The notes beneath the pieces were generated by a model. The model worked only from the letters and a program-made list of their open reading frames with translations. It was not told the DNA's origin and made no database searches. 64,000 bases of DNA. It comes from a virus. A program made the position numbers and the translations under genes. Of the stretch, positions 34,201-42,614 are shown in pieces. The stretch is from the IMG/VR virus record IMGVR_UViG_3300022602_000037; one strand, given 5' to 3'. Each line of letters opens with the position of its first letter. Within the stretch, counting starts at the first letter, position 1.

Positions 34201-37200
34201 TTTGTTATATCATCGACTACAGCTAAATTAGTTGTAAAAGTTAATTTACTTGCAGATGGACTTAGACTTATAACACTATTACCTACATTGCTTATTCCAG
34301 GCAACATTTGATATTTTGCCTTATCAAAAGAATCAGTAGCTGAAAGATTATATAAAGCACTGTAATAATCTCCGTTATATCTTACAATAGTACCATAAGT
34401 TACCGGAGCATTTGGCATCCAATCTTTCCATTGACTAGAATCAGGAGTCCAGTTTTGAGTAGTCCAGAATAAAAATTCTTTAGCACTAGTTTCCCAATTT
34501 GTAACTAGGCCTAAGTTAACGTTAAAGCTGTCAAAAGTAAATCCTTCGTCTTGAAGATATCTGCCGTACCCTAGTAAGAAATCTACAACTTCTTGTTTAG
34601 TTTGAAATTCAGTACCGTAAGGAACAACAATAGGTTTAGTTCTGTCCCAACCAGTTCTAATAACAGCACTAGCTCCACCTACTACCGGTAAATGACCTAA
34701 GGGAGTAAAAATATTTGAATCAAACGCAGTACCTGCAACAGTGGTAGATAATGTTCTGTAGTAAGAATTTACATATTTTACAATAGTACCAGTTACGTAT
34801 GTTTCTCCTGGCGTCCAAGTTACATAAGGTGCGCTAATACCACCAATGACTGTTGTAGGACCAGATTTAACATAAGGATAATAGGTAAAATATGGTTGAG
34901 TTTGACTGTAGCCTTTTACTTCATACCCGTCGGGCATCTTTGTAATAATAACACCACTATAAACTATTTTCCTAATTGGGCTTGAACTATTTAGAAATAC
35001 ATTAAAATTTTCTGCAGGAACAAATACGTTACCAGTACTTGCAGGAGTTTTAGAATCTAATAATAAATTCATCTGCTCTTTACTAGTAAATGCGCCAATT
35101 CTATAAGATATCTGTGCTGTCATTGTAGCAAGATCAGTTATATATTGCTTGTAAGATTGTACATTATTACTAAAAATAAAATTTAAGATTTGATCTACAA
35201 TATAGTTTACAATACCTGCGGTTTGTACTCTAGTAGTACTAGAATAAATGCTTGGTAATAAAATATCTGCTGGAGATATTCTTAAATTAGTTTTTGTATA
35301 AACTAATTGTCCTGCTAAATTTCTTGCTATTCTAGATCTGTCTAACAAAATGTTTATAGTTTTAGCAGGTGTTAATAATATACTAGCAATAACAACTGCA
35401 AATGGGTAATGACTGCTACGACGCCATGCTGTTTCAACTGGACTTTGATCTCCGAATACAAATCCGTTTCCTGTATTTTGTGTTATAGTGCCGTTAGCAA
35501 GGCCAGACGCTATAGGATTTATTAATAATCCATTGCTATCCACTGGGATATGCTTCATTAAAAAGGGTTTAGCATACTTAGACAATTTAATTGTAGGCAT
35601 TCCTGGCTCTCTGACCATGCCATCATTAATATCTTGCCACATTGGTAGATTGTCACCGGTATAAGGTGCTGGTCCGTATAACTCTACCCACCAACTTGGT
35701 TGTTGACTAAATCCTAACATTTCCCAAGGACATAAATTTGGACGATCGGTGTCTAATAAATATTGGAATATGCCTCTCCAATATCCTGGAAGTTGTCTGC
35801 CGTCGGGTGCATAGTTATCCGAATAATTATAACTAAACGGATTGTTTATATCATAACTAAGAGGTTTTGTAAAATCTCTTCCTGATAGTTTAGTCCACTT
35901 GTAAAAATTAGGAGCTAATACTTGATTAAATTCTGCAAGACTGTAATCATTAGATCTGTTATAACTAGGAATAATGTCAGCTACATCAAAAATTGTAGGA
36001 TCGTACTGAACTTTAATATTATTAAAAATACGTTTTTCTAATTCTAATAACAGCTGATCTCGGTAATCTCCATAGGCAAGTATTTTACTACCATCGTGAC
36101 CTTGAATCATAGTTTGCGGAGTAGCATAGGTATTGTCTACATAAATTTGTGGAACATAGGCTGGCCACATTCCATATTTTGTAGGTGTAGCTGGAACAAA
36201 ACTACCATCAGTGCTGTCATATTCTACTGTTGTGATAGTGTCTCCATTATTCATTACTACGCTATTGGTAATAGTAAAATATCCTTGATTGTCAAATGTA
36301 TAATCTCTACCATGTACTAATTGACTGTTATTCAAGTAAATACCAACAGCTTTATTGGATAAAGTAGTTAATGTGAATACTGAACTTAATGGATATTGTT
36401 TTATTCTATAATCAACTACTGAAAGATTTGTTTTAACAGATGCTCCGTACGGAATCATATCACTAAAATAATAAGGAGCAGTATTAGGACGATCCTTGTT
36501 TATTTTTTGCATTATTAAATCTACAAGTGTAACTGGATCTCCGTCAACGCCCAAACTAGTAGCTGTCTTAACAAAATTTCTTTTGAAATTATTATAGTCA
36601 TCTCGACTTTGTTCAATTGAACGTATAATATTATTTGTTTCTGAAGTAATATGATATATTGTAGTGCTTAACGGACCACTGTGCTGTACAAATTTTGTTC
36701 CGTATTGTGTAACATTGCCTAAATCTCTTAAATTTCCATCCCCTGGAAATGATCCAACAAATGTTGTTCCAAGATTATCAACAATTGAATTTACATGATC
36801 TGCAACTTCACCTAATGTAAAATCTCCCATGATGTTATTCAAAGGATTATTTTGCAGATTAATTGGAATTTCGTAGTAGCCTTTACTATTAATTATTTGT
36901 GAGGCAAATGCACGGATTGTTAAAACATCACTTTTAGATATCGGATTAACCAATGTAATAAATTTGTAGTTAGGTCCTGAATTTAATTGCCACAATGTTG
37001 GGCTTAATCTAATTCCGTTTACATAAATTTTAACCACAAGATCTGATAAGTTTGTGATATCGTCAAAAATATCTAAATTAAATTTTGTTGTTAGCCCAGA
37101 ATTTTTGTAAATTCTAACGGCAGCTTGCGTATTAGGTGCAGAACATGTTTGCCAGCCATTTTTATAAGTTAACCCACCAGCATAAGTTTGTTTTACTAGA

Positions 37201-39104
37201 TATCCTACATTAATATTTTTTGTAATTAGTGATGTAGATTCCTTATACTGGAATGTATCAGTAGCCAATGTGAAATTAAAAACAATATCGCCAATATTAC
37301 TGATATTTCTGTAACTAAGAGGAAACCCTAATGTAGTATCTGCTACCCCAGATCCTATTTTATATGAAAATAAAGTAGTTCCTACAAATGTACTACCATT
37401 GTAAACACTAGTATCTCCGTAACTTATTGTGTTTTCATCAACTACATCAAACAAAGGTGCTTGGTTAATTTTAGTTTTTTGCTGGCCTAATACCCAAGAA
37501 GTTCCGTTATACCACCAACTGGTTCCTTGATAAGTTAAACCATTCTTAATCAATGCAACTTGATTCAGAACTGGTTCTGCTATTTCAGCTAAATGTATTT
37601 GTCGGCTACCTGAACTAAGATGTAATACGTCTAAGAACTGTACTTCAAACACCTTATTTCTTGTAAGTCTATCTGTATCGGCTGTGAAAATAATACGTTG
37701 CCCTTGAGCTAATGGAATTCCATCAACATGATATCCAAATGCTCCTTCAATTTGTGTAAATGCATCTTTAGTAAAAGTATCAATGATATCAATATCGGCA
37801 ATTGCGGTGGTTCCTGAATTTGCTAACTTGAGATCTGCTTCAAATTCTATAATAGGTCTAATAGCTCTTGCTGTTTGATCGATACTAGCAACATTGCCAT
37901 TATATGTTGCACTTGCGGTGATTACATCTTTATGAAACCATCTATTATAACGACTCCAATTATTGTAATCGTTACTAGCCCGGTTAATCACAATATAGTC
38001 TTGTGACCCAGCAAAACCTGTTGCATCGCTGAAAGGGTTATTATCAAATTTATCGCTGTCAAAAGGAATAGTTTTTTCTGTAGTATAGTTATTAATAACT
38101 TCTAAAGTAGTTGTCAATATTAGTTTTATAGCAACGCCCACTCCTTCTACATAATATTCACCGGTAGCGTACTCTGCCGGTGTTACATTGCCGACAAATT
38201 TAAGTTTCATTCCGTTACTAAGTTGTGTTCCATCAGCAAATTTATAAGTCTTTTTACCTAGAAGATCATTAGCAACATCTGTGTAAGTATCTTCGGTAAT
38301 TGATAATATTTCAAAAACTCCGCCCAGGTTAAGATCGCTTTCACTTTGATAATAAAGCACTGTTGGAGCATCTAATGGAACTGTAAATGTTAGTAAACCT
38401 TGTTCTATTCCGTAGCCGCTTACTAAATCATTTTCGTATCTGTTATCTGTTCCTGCACTTCTATCAGTTTTTATACTAAAAGGATTTCCAGGACTATTAA
38501 TTTCAAAATTATATGTTTGCCCTCTGTAGAGTTTTAACACAGGATTTCTTGTAAACCCGTTAGGAGTAAACAAATATTCTTTATTGCTTAATTCATTTTC
38601 AATAGTAACAGTATATGTACTTTCAATGGCCTTAACTTGTCCCGGAAACACAATAGTCTCGGGTCCGTAAGGCAACCAATAGTAGTTTTGAAAATTAACA
38701 AATTTGTCCCAATCAATATGGGGATCCCAGCTATAAAATTCTTGTTTATTTAATCTAGCATGATTTTTTGTATTACCACCAAATACTCCGATTTGATTTA
38801 TGTAATCCATGTAATCTTTGAAAAATGTAGTATTACCTAAACTATCTTGAATATTAATACTAGGTTCAAGTTGATAATTTTGTCTGTTTACTGTAGGTGC
38901 AGTTAGATAGATATCAGAACCTGTGGCACTTTTTGCATTTTCTCGACCAATATAACCGTTGATTTTCTTTACAGCACCTGGTTGGAATAACTGATCAACC
39001 GTTGCTTGTAAAAATTTGTCGTTGGCGGGTGTTTGATAAAATGTTGGTAATAATTTTTTTGTTATACCTACATTGCCGCTTTTTGCGTCACGACTATTAG
39101 CCAT
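22272..39104 (-). CDS. Giant (5610 aa) baseplate/tail virion protein
   Basis: Uninterrupted 16.8-kb ORF directly after the gp6-like gene; W...Y..G.IV.Y modules, FG-GAP-like propeller motifs, G.GY...P.I repeats, GDG.T..F repeats. Confidence 0.8.
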   Translation of the reverse strand: MANSRDAKSGNVGITKKLLPTFYQTPANDKFLQATVDQLFQPGAVKKINGYIGRENAKSATGSDIYLTAPTVNRQNYQLEPSINIQDSLGNTTFFKDYMDYINQIGVFGGNTKNHARLNKQEFYSWDPHIDWDKFVNFQNYYWLPYGPETIVFPGQVKAIESTYTVTIENELSNKEYLFTPNGFTRNPVLKLYRGQTYNFEINSPGNPFSIKTDRSAGTDNRYENDLVSGYGIEQGLLTFTVPLDAPTVLYYQSESDLNLGGVFEILSITEDTYTDVANDLLGKKTYKFADGTQLSNGMKLKFVGNVTPAEYATGEYYVEGVGVAIKLILTTTLEVINNYTTEKTIPFDSDKFDNNPFSDATGFAGSQDYIVINRASNDYNNWSRYNRWFHKDVITASATYNGNVASIDQTARAIRPIIEFEADLKLANSGTTAIADIDIIDTFTKDAFTQIEGAFGYHVDGIPLAQGQRIIFTADTDRLTRNKVFEVQFLDVLHLSSGSRQIHLAEIAEPVLNQVALIKNGLTYQGTSWWYNGTSWVLGQQKTKINQAPLFDVVDENTISYGDTSVYNGSTFVGTTLFSYKIGSGVADTTLGFPLSYRNISNIGDIVFNFTLATDTFQYKESTSLITKNINVGYLVKQTYAGGLTYKNGWQTCSAPNTQAAVRIYKNSGLTTKFNLDIFDDITNLSDLVVKIYVNGIRLSPTLWQLNSGPNYKFITLVNPISKSDVLTIRAFASQIINSKGYYEIPINLQNNPLNNIMGDFTLGEVADHVNSIVDNLGTTFVGSFPGDGNLRDLGNVTQYGTKFVQHSGPLSTTIYHITSETNNIIRSIEQSRDDYNNFKRNFVKTATSLGVDGDPVTLVDLIMQKINKDRPNTAPYYFSDMIPYGASVKTNLSVVDYRIKQYPLSSVFTLTTLSNKAVGIYLNNSQLVHGRDYTFDNQGYFTITNSVVMNNGDTITTVEYDSTDGSFVPATPTKYGMWPAYVPQIYVDNTYATPQTMIQGHDGSKILAYGDYRDQLLLELEKRIFNNIKVQYDPTIFDVADIIPSYNRSNDYSLAEFNQVLAPNFYKWTKLSGRDFTKPLSYDINNPFSYNYSDNYAPDGRQLPGYWRGIFQYLLDTDRPNLCPWEMLGFSQQPSWWVELYGPAPYTGDNLPMWQDINDGMVREPGMPTIKLSKYAKPFLMKHIPVDSNGLLINPIASGLANGTITQNTGNGFVFGDQSPVETAWRRSSHYPFAVVIASILLTPAKTINILLDRSRIARNLAGQLVYTKTNLRISPADILLPSIYSSTTRVQTAGIVNYIVDQILNFIFSNNVQSYKQYITDLATMTAQISYRIGAFTSKEQMNLLLDSKTPASTGNVFVPAENFNVFLNSSSPIRKIVYSGVIITKMPDGYEVKGYSQTQPYFTYYPYVKSGPTTVIGGISAPYVTWTPGETYVTGTIVKYVNSYYRTLSTTVAGTAFDSNIFTPLGHLPVVGGASAVIRTGWDRTKPIVVPYGTEFQTKQEVVDFLLGYGRYLQDEGFTFDSFNVNLGLVTNWETSAKEFLFWTTQNWTPDSSQWKDWMPNAPVTYGTIVRYNGDYYSALYNLSATDSFDKAKYQMLPGISNVGNSVISLSPSASKLTFTTNLAVVDDITNPFYHYEIFKVDGTPLASKFLDSYRSGNIVSYSPRTTDGIYGASFYLIQHEQVITLSNTTIFNDVIYNPESGYRQERLKVSGHVSIDWYGGLDIPGFIFDQAIIQNWKAWTDYALGDIVNYQGFYYSALSALIGTETFDATQWTQLATKPTAKLLPNWSYKASQFEDFYSLDSDNFDNNQQKVAQHLIGYQKRQYLDNILQDDVTEFKFYQGMIREKGTQNSLNKLFNVLSSDNLESLVFYEEWALRLGQYGAAKAFENIEFILNEANFRSNPQGFELRQLKDTSLSETFIIEQTYNDVYLKPLGYNSQPWPLLPVYNSFLREAGYVNATDVFLSLGYLSEISSYDITTFNEGAYVWVAFDGPSWNVYRFTDLQIIINNVSYNNNNFTLTLTTENLTSFQVGDWVGLSQVALLQGFYQITSVNLNSFTISATISGFPQPFTQSNQLVVYALVSQRTSSINSLDSILTVRLNPGELIWTDDQGNGKWATWQYNPVYEISYLNNSAPQNELEFGAVIAINREGNMAAIGTGYGQITTYDKSSPALPWVQRQIIEPPFISTNTVYNVIASTIINSTVVTMSAAASGMLNGVIEGQGISPNSIIISVIQGVSVTISQPANASITTATYIITTNPNQGNVVATAVAIAPDASYMITGSPLAGYAITNYIGNWNQVLVYGPGLIVSEVDLDTGFTNFYRALKVVPANNEPLYDVYGYWETIYYIPVDSYGTWDPTVIYPSGCLVIYKSNVYQSIIKIYGQVTITVTNTAASTYYLTTADTSVLGVGYEIIFSGNTFGGAVAGVIYYVQTIISSTQFTITAIQGSNLAVPLTTASGIMSATQQAPSTPDSGSGQWSFQYAQTGYARQGVISLYKKDSNNIYALVDTIVSPYPVANENFGSNFAFGNDVIYISAPGYNNSSGRVYKLKYSSVVQAQSAYNPVGSAEATLRVTSTIGILPGMYVLGTGFTSGQTVTSVVNFTTLILSGSPDSTPNGVIEFAVVGWGYDQAEVYTGNITGMNFGYSLAISNDNSTLAISAASSVTTALVAIFKATPTVVLTTTGATGTGTTATLTFAKQTLLPYALGDTITVSGVVPSSFNGAFVVTAVTLNSVSYASHATGPQTQAGTISGNSLTGFGLVQILQGVDYDIQLAISDDGNYIAISDDTTSSTQIKQQGSVAVYNYHTDSGLYFIQQTLVPHQPETNGHFGRKISFMNNFETLVIYSQYGDTFITTTFDKNSTTFDKNSTPFTVRQINSGRIDIYDRYDTSWVFSESLTRSNPVTPAGEFVVGNTYSILSLGTTDFTKVGASVNAIGVTFTATGDGSGTGIAAIITNEGGVADGYGTGFAVGGNHVLIGAPFGIDHGLTSGRVYDYSKMPGTKTWTIIHSEIDKPDVKKIKKAFLYNRTLGTLVTYLDIIDPAQGKIAGPAEEEIKFKAFYDPATYSVGDTTVNVNTGTAWKDDQVGLLWWDLRTAKFLNAYEDNPVYKNTNWNSLATGASIDIYEWVSYNQLPAVWDSLADTPAGITAGISGTSLYGNSCYSVKQTYNTVTQTFKNTYYFWVKNKKFIPNVAGRNLAASDVSTLIANPRGQGYTYLALTGPSSFSLVNAKQYLKHDEVVLSVEYWLGSKTNQNVHSHWKLVSEDPTTYIPDVIEQKWIDSLCGNDSVGRPVPDPALPPKLRYGIENRPRQGMFVNRFEALKEFVEQANQILLANQIVENSDLKNLESYDPAPAITTGLYDIAFDNYAELIYASVGNYTTPSINPTISDGRITGITINTDSTGNPLSGKGYLVAPYITVNGTGTGAVVNAIINTKGQITGAKVISSGQGYDSTTTLTIRNYSALIRSDVNANGNWSIYAWIPPVTSVGKTTVGYWSLVLTQAYDVRNYWSYADWYATGYSQFTAADFSVATLADLNSISPIIGQTVKVRTTNTGGWELLYKYADSTSIDWTQSYHVVGLQNGTIQLDASLYNLSNTQLGFDNNIYDSQSFDLYASTELRIILSSLKNDIFKGELNGSYLDLFFGSVHYIHSEQLYVDWIFKTSFVRAQHNVGGLDQPVTYKPDNLANFEDYVNEVKPYKTTVREYISNYDSIDPAQLPITDFDLPSIYENNKRTLIQVYSQNDKIIAQDPAIETYPWKFWLDNAGFTITELKLTSGGSGYVTEPQVIFTSNSGSGATARAFISNEKVNRIVLLTPGTGYLSAPTITIKGGILPTGTPATAVAIIGKSLVRSNYVGIKFDRVDQTYVITQLEKTETFTGTGSRLQFVLQWGPDNTIGKSSVTLNGILALRDTYTLAIVSSTVKGYTTYSGTITFTTAPKKGVSIVVTYNIAESLLSATDRIQYYYTPSAGEPGKDLAQLMTGIDYGGVIVNGLGFEISQGWDSVPFYSDKWDSYDSTYKDYSVVVNANTNTFTLPYTPDNGIQLNIYRTQVNVDSYVSDGVTKEYVYNTQDIAPYVTLTHTTYSSGVRATFASVASVAGSYVNTITLVSTANITVGMTATGEGFVSGQTVTAILSSTQVQLSVPPDSLPSGIIIFTTNVVASNILYVNSVTGIRVGDVITTTDTSLSLFALNTTVTAVGPNSTLGLSANQVQLSSILYFEIPDSTYLNFVRTLIHPTDVVISNNGKITLTNLTNSGIALGSIISILGKLNPVRLDDPNYNIKPFFAQLVESAAYDAAYNSNYQSILVGLAISNHITSYGYKSSETNYSINNLLETVSNLQGVGTNAEAVLAIDTNTAIVTTIVGGGIVPQPIFTLPYGTPTSIVYNVPNINGSPIGTYVYIPVASISATPVQAGWSVSGLGLTGFATVVAVVLHNGLVAAQINQSIGLQAEYGNYTFISPNYGLYSAATLLNDNIPFIQAELIQYITNNYPSVVYDQTDFQTKIQYIVLSLCYDLTYGGNRESIYSANQYWIYNNSIPFIQPPAYWSGVFGYLNSMAQHIITNTQFTRLQTHFFQYTNSGLANGQIAGTAISNNISTITTIISSAFYPNAPVTNPTAPAQDAGLQTVLSTILSNESTLIPSINATAIVNTFLSDGVSDVGGLTTKTFSIPQPYTLVDGGQANTTIDIEVDDGGSASTVYGILDKVDAGSNASANVFTVSKGDEFVIRQTTSDGSIAPRDQDYDTSLSGGDTTTLNGVYATATGLSADDIIVDGDGLITTTTNVAPEEVVPGQLVDALAIKIFEKPTSGSGVIRTDNYIGDGATTGFKISQQPNSPGAVIVKVGGAIKTVTTDYDVDYRNNNIVFHTAPTSNSEISIFSIGFNGANIIDIDYFVGDGTTSEFVSSATWTTPITTLVYVDGKVASPQIFKTDKTYLYSGAIGFNFGKAPAAGALINFIIVAGTVPTYAITNVETIATNGQFTYNLQNPVGTFLPDESDMIVRVDQSILPAPVNAYFTIGSNRLNYTVDPTKFVPYSIDIRTLYVYAGSNTLTLGTDYIVDLSGVTIKINKTTYNTYKGQTLVVSLTTGEGYTYNALNNQITFNTAYDNTHLVQVISSYQHEFLDSQRTTLSTSTLASLTPNSSFYFYMYNILGGIVQLDRQVLSEYYVWVIKNGTLLSPVIDYKLNPDYQSITLAQNTSITDKLTIITFGSNVYTSGIAYMQFKDMLNRVTYKRLSKSKQTTLAQDLHWNDTVIVVENASNFDLPNPSKNKPGVIEIRGERIEYFSLVGNQLSQLRRGTLGTGIYSVSLAGTLVQDIGPFENIPYSDTQKVTQIVSDGTNLVSLDFVPATINDMEIFVGGYNDGSVWETGAVYPVGAIVNVGSYTYRCLISHISGSTFFSSVTQVTINSDGTTTSIATNIASSSAWKFFIGNRRLKKVGYSVFNINNAPTSPEGDVAFSPDFTIPAVKYYGPTWASGLAVAIGVYVNYENNYYEVTVAGVLGTTGPNHTLGTASNGTASLTFIINGATVILTNLLSFGTQITVVQNSGLAWDNVTSVLYDTGKISDFLRAEPGIWYSEYKQISNVSVGTFDNTLLSFDGTRTTFDQGTTQ
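30486..30532. repeat. 21-bp tandem repeat (2.2 copies) in the giant gene, encoding TTFDKNS twice
   Basis: TGTAGAATTTTTATCAAATGT repeated exactly. Confidence 0.9.
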
Positions 39105-42100
39105 TAGTTACTCCAAATGTTGCACTAGTTATATTTTGACTTGATGTAAGAGTCGATAAAGATTGTCCTGTTACAGTTTTAAGGTTGTCAGATGTTAGTC
39201 CTGGAACAATATTAATATTTGCGGCAGTAGCGCAACTTATAAAGATTCGATCGCTTGGGCATTGAATTTCAAATAAACTTCCAAAAAATTGATTACCTTG
39301 TACTGGAACTATAACAAAATTTGTAATATCAGGAGCCAACTGCATCATTACATAAGTTGACAATTCTGAAAAATAAAATGTATCTCCAAAATTCCAATTA
39401 TCTAATGCAAAGAATGTGTTAAAGGCTGTGATTATTCTTGCAGTAATATCGTTATTACTTAATGTACTGCTTGGATTTTTTACTACATTAAAAGAAGCCT
39501 GAAGATTAGTATCTGCTAACGCACCAAATAATAAAATATAACTAACTGGATGATAAATTATTTGATCTGAAATAGATTTTATTAAATCCAAGTCTGCACC
39601 TAACAAATTATCTAATTCTCCGCTACTTGGAGGCAACGGCTCTGCTATGTTTGCACCACTCAACCATTGTCTAAATTTAGTATCGTAGTCTGTGGTCAAC
39701 ACATAGATATCCATAATATTACTTGCACCCGGATCAATCCTAGATTCAAAATCAGCATTATGAATATATTGGAATTTGAGTTTATCTCTTCCGACATACA
39801 CCTTAAAATCTAGTGTTGGATTTAATGTACTTGTAGAAGCATTATATTTTTTTACCACTTGTTTATCAACAAAATAAAAATATTGTCCGTCTGTGTATTG
39901 TGTCAATACACCGACATTGCCCTGTGTACTTAAAATTATTACAAGATTATTATCATTACTTACATATTTGTAATCTTCTTGCCCTTCGCTTATAAAATAT
40001 TTTTGTTGTAAAATATATTTGTTTAAGCTATTTGTATTAGGAGCAACAATATCTAAGAACAATTGAGGATTGTCAACAATTCCATTATTTTCACTATCAG
40101 CAAATGATACAACAATTTTTGTTGGGTCAATATATCCATCTTGACCAGTATATTCTTTTATTATCTGCCAAGCCATATCAGTAGTAAATGGACTAGTACT
40201 ATCTGGTTGAGTATTAATACTTAAAACATTTAGTCTGTCTAATATTGTACTGCTCGATACAATATCATATACTTTCTGAGTACCGTCAAAATAGAAAGTT
40301 ACTTCTTGATCACTTTCAAAAACATATCGCAATAATCTGGTACTAACTGTATAATATTCGTTGTTAGTTGTAAACAATAATAGCCAACTAGAATCTTGTT
40401 GTGTATTTGTAGAATCCCCTTGATTGCCTAAACTAAAAGAACTTGTAGTATTCAAATTAGTTTCAAAAATTATCTGCCAGCTTTGTGTACCGGCATCGTA
40501 TCTTAAACCAAACGGCTTATTGTAAAATATTAAATCAATCATAGAAGTTACTATTGAACTCTGTATAGTAACATTTAATTCTGGAATAATTTGACTAATA
40601 ACGGCATTTGTTGGAATAACTTTATTAAGAGTAACAGATCCAAATTTAGTTGATAATATGCCGGTCGAACTTACTCCTGTTCCATCTCCTGTGATGGAAA
40701 CAACTTGAGACCATAGATAATTTACAGATCCTAAATTAGTAGCAGTACCTTTAACCAGCATGTTGTTATTGGTCGTATCAAAATAATATCCAGATGGTGC
40801 AACAAATTTTATCAATGCTCCAGTGGTGAAATATTTCAAATCCGTACTGGTAAACGATGCAAGTTTATAAGGAACGCCGTCTGAAGAAGAACCTACATAA
40901 CCTGTACAACTATTGCTATCACTAGTGATATTATACCAAGAAATATTTAGACTTTCTGTAATGTAATTAATAAAATTTGCATAATAAAAATTACGTAAAT
41001 CTGGAGTATCTAAAATTGGAAAAATAGTATTATAGATAATACCTTCTATATCTGTTTTAGTTAGATAAGAAAAATTGATAGGAGAAACATAGGGTTCTTG
41101 ATAAATTATGCCATCATCTGCAAATAAATTAGTGCTAGAATATTTTCCAGTAGGATCTTTAAGATCAAAATATCTACTAATACCGCTACTTGTTCTATTA
41201 ATACTTTTTACTTTTGCAACTTTTTGCGTAACAGACAAAGGACTAATGTTATAATCTTCTCCAGTGACCATACGATTTTGTGTATAATAAGTTTGAGGAG
41301 CATTGGCTTTAATACTAGCATTAGTCTCAGTAGCCGCACTATTATTAACTGTAGAGGCCAGCCCCAAACTAAGAGTTAAAGTTTCAAAATTATTTTGTGT
41401 ACTTACGTAAGGAATGGTAATCAGAACATTTATTATATCCGATGGATTGATAGTGTAGGATAAATTATTACTGGTTCTATAATAGACTCTAAAATTCCCT
41501 AAAGGTAAATTACCAAATACACCATCTGCAAACCCCAATGAAATGGCATCTCCTGCTCGAGTGATAACATTATAGATAGTTTTAATTTTGTTATTAAGAC
41601 TGTTGTATATAATGTTATTGCCTGTTAGAGCAGGTACTTGAGTCCATAAAGTGTTTTCAAGACCTGTACTTTGATCAATACTATACAGCCATACATCAGT
41701 ATTATTAATATTTTGAGTATTAACATCTATTGTTTCATTAGCACTAGGCTGTGTAACGGTAAATGTTCCCTGATTAAGAGTACCTTGGGTAAAGTTAAAG
41801 AAAAATCCAGTATTTGCACTGCCGGCTCCGTAGCCGTCATCTCGATAAACACAGGCAATATTATTAGCAATCTTTGGAGGTTCTTCGTAGATATAACTTT
41901 TACCGCTAAATGTTGTGCTAGTAATTTCAAAATTCATACTTCTACCAGCTACTGTTTTAGTAAAACTATAAGTAGGTACATTGGTATTGGCGCCATTAAA
42001 TCTATATTGCCCTGTACTAATGCCGTAAATGTTAGCTTGATCTATAGGAGTTCCAAATTGGTTAGTCGGTAATAAGGCGGCATTTAAGATTTTTATAAAT

Positions 42101-42564
42101 TGATCATACCAATTAGGATTACTACTATCGTTCCATGTAATGTACTGTCCTGCTAAATTTATACCATTACTGTCCAGTATTGTTTCTGTAGTGCTAATAG
42201 TATTAACTTTTAATAACCCTTGAGCTGGTACATTTCTACTAGCATTGTACCCAATCATTCTTGAAAGTCGTAATACACTTTCACGACGTTCTGCTAGTTC
42301 TAAAAAGTTTTCTCGGGCGTTAAGATCCACTCGGAAAGCTATACTTTGACCTACAAAAGCTATGAGATCAATAAGAGCAAGGTATTCGCTGGATTCAATG
42401 TAATCATTGAAATCTTCTGGAAAATTCACACGGATATAATCAATCATTGTACGGCGCAAATTTTCAAAGTCGTAACTTTGAAAATCAGCATTTTTGAATG
42501 ATTGATAGATTTTTTGCCAGTCTTCGTTTACTAATAAATTGTTTAGTCTATCCGTCGAGCTCAT
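39097..42564 (-). CDS. Baseplate wedge protein (T4 gp6-like)
   Basis: DFENLRRTMIDY...FNDY..SS, ARENFL..A..R.S.L.L...GY, FADG.FG..P, QNRMVT.EDY. Confidence 0.8.
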   Translation of the reverse strand: MSSTDRLNNLLVNEDWQKIYQSFKNADFQSYDFENLRRTMIDYIRVNFPEDFNDYIESSEYLALIDLIAFVGQSIAFRVDLNARENFLELAERRESVLRLSRMIGYNASRNVPAQGLLKVNTISTTETILDSNGINLAGQYITWNDSSNPNWYDQFIKILNAALLPTNQFGTPIDQANIYGISTGQYRFNGANTNVPTYSFTKTVAGRSMNFEITSTTFSGKSYIYEEPPKIANNIACVYRDDGYGAGSANTGFFFNFTQGTLNQGTFTVTQPSANETIDVNTQNINNTDVWLYSIDQSTGLENTLWTQVPALTGNNIIYNSLNNKIKTIYNVITRAGDAISLGFADGVFGNLPLGNFRVYYRTSNNLSYTINPSDIINVLITIPYVSTQNNFETLTLSLGLASTVNNSAATETNASIKANAPQTYYTQNRMVTGEDYNISPLSVTQKVAKVKSINRTSSGISRYFDLKDPTGKYSSTNLFADDGIIYQEPYVSPINFSYLTKTDIEGIIYNTIFPILDTPDLRNFYYANFINYITESLNISWYNITSDSNSCTGYVGSSSDGVPYKLASFTSTDLKYFTTGALIKFVAPSGYYFDTTNNNMLVKGTATNLGSVNYLWSQVVSITGDGTGVSSTGILSTKFGSVTLNKVIPTNAVISQIIPELNVTIQSSIVTSMIDLIFYNKPFGLRYDAGTQSWQIIFETNLNTTSSFSLGNQGDSTNTQQDSSWLLLFTTNNEYYTVSTRLLRYVFESDQEVTFYFDGTQKVYDIVSSSTILDRLNVLSINTQPDSTSPFTTDMAWQIIKEYTGQDGYIDPTKIVVSFADSENNGIVDNPQLFLDIVAPNTNSLNKYILQQKYFISEGQEDYKYVSNDNNLVIILSTQGNVGVLTQYTDGQYFYFVDKQVVKKYNASTSTLNPTLDFKVYVGRDKLKFQYIHNADFESRIDPGASNIMDIYVLTTDYDTKFRQWLSGANIAEPLPPSSGELDNLLGADLDLIKSISDQIIYHPVSYILLFGALADTNLQASFNVVKNPSSTLSNNDITARIITAFNTFFALDNWNFGDTFYFSELSTYVMMQLAPDITNFVIVPVQGNQFFGSLFEIQCPSDRIFISCATAANINIVPGLTSDNLKTVTGQSLSTLTSSQNITSATFGVTNG

Positions 42565-42582
42565 AGTTTGTCCTAATAATTA

Positions 42583-42590
42583 TATTTATT
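42583..42590 (-). promoter_or_regulatory. Late promoter AATAAATA
   Basis: TATTTATT on the + strand, upstream of the gp6-like start. Confidence 0.55.
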
Positions 42591-42614
42591 GAAATAAATT
42601 ATGTGCGTAGTTAA

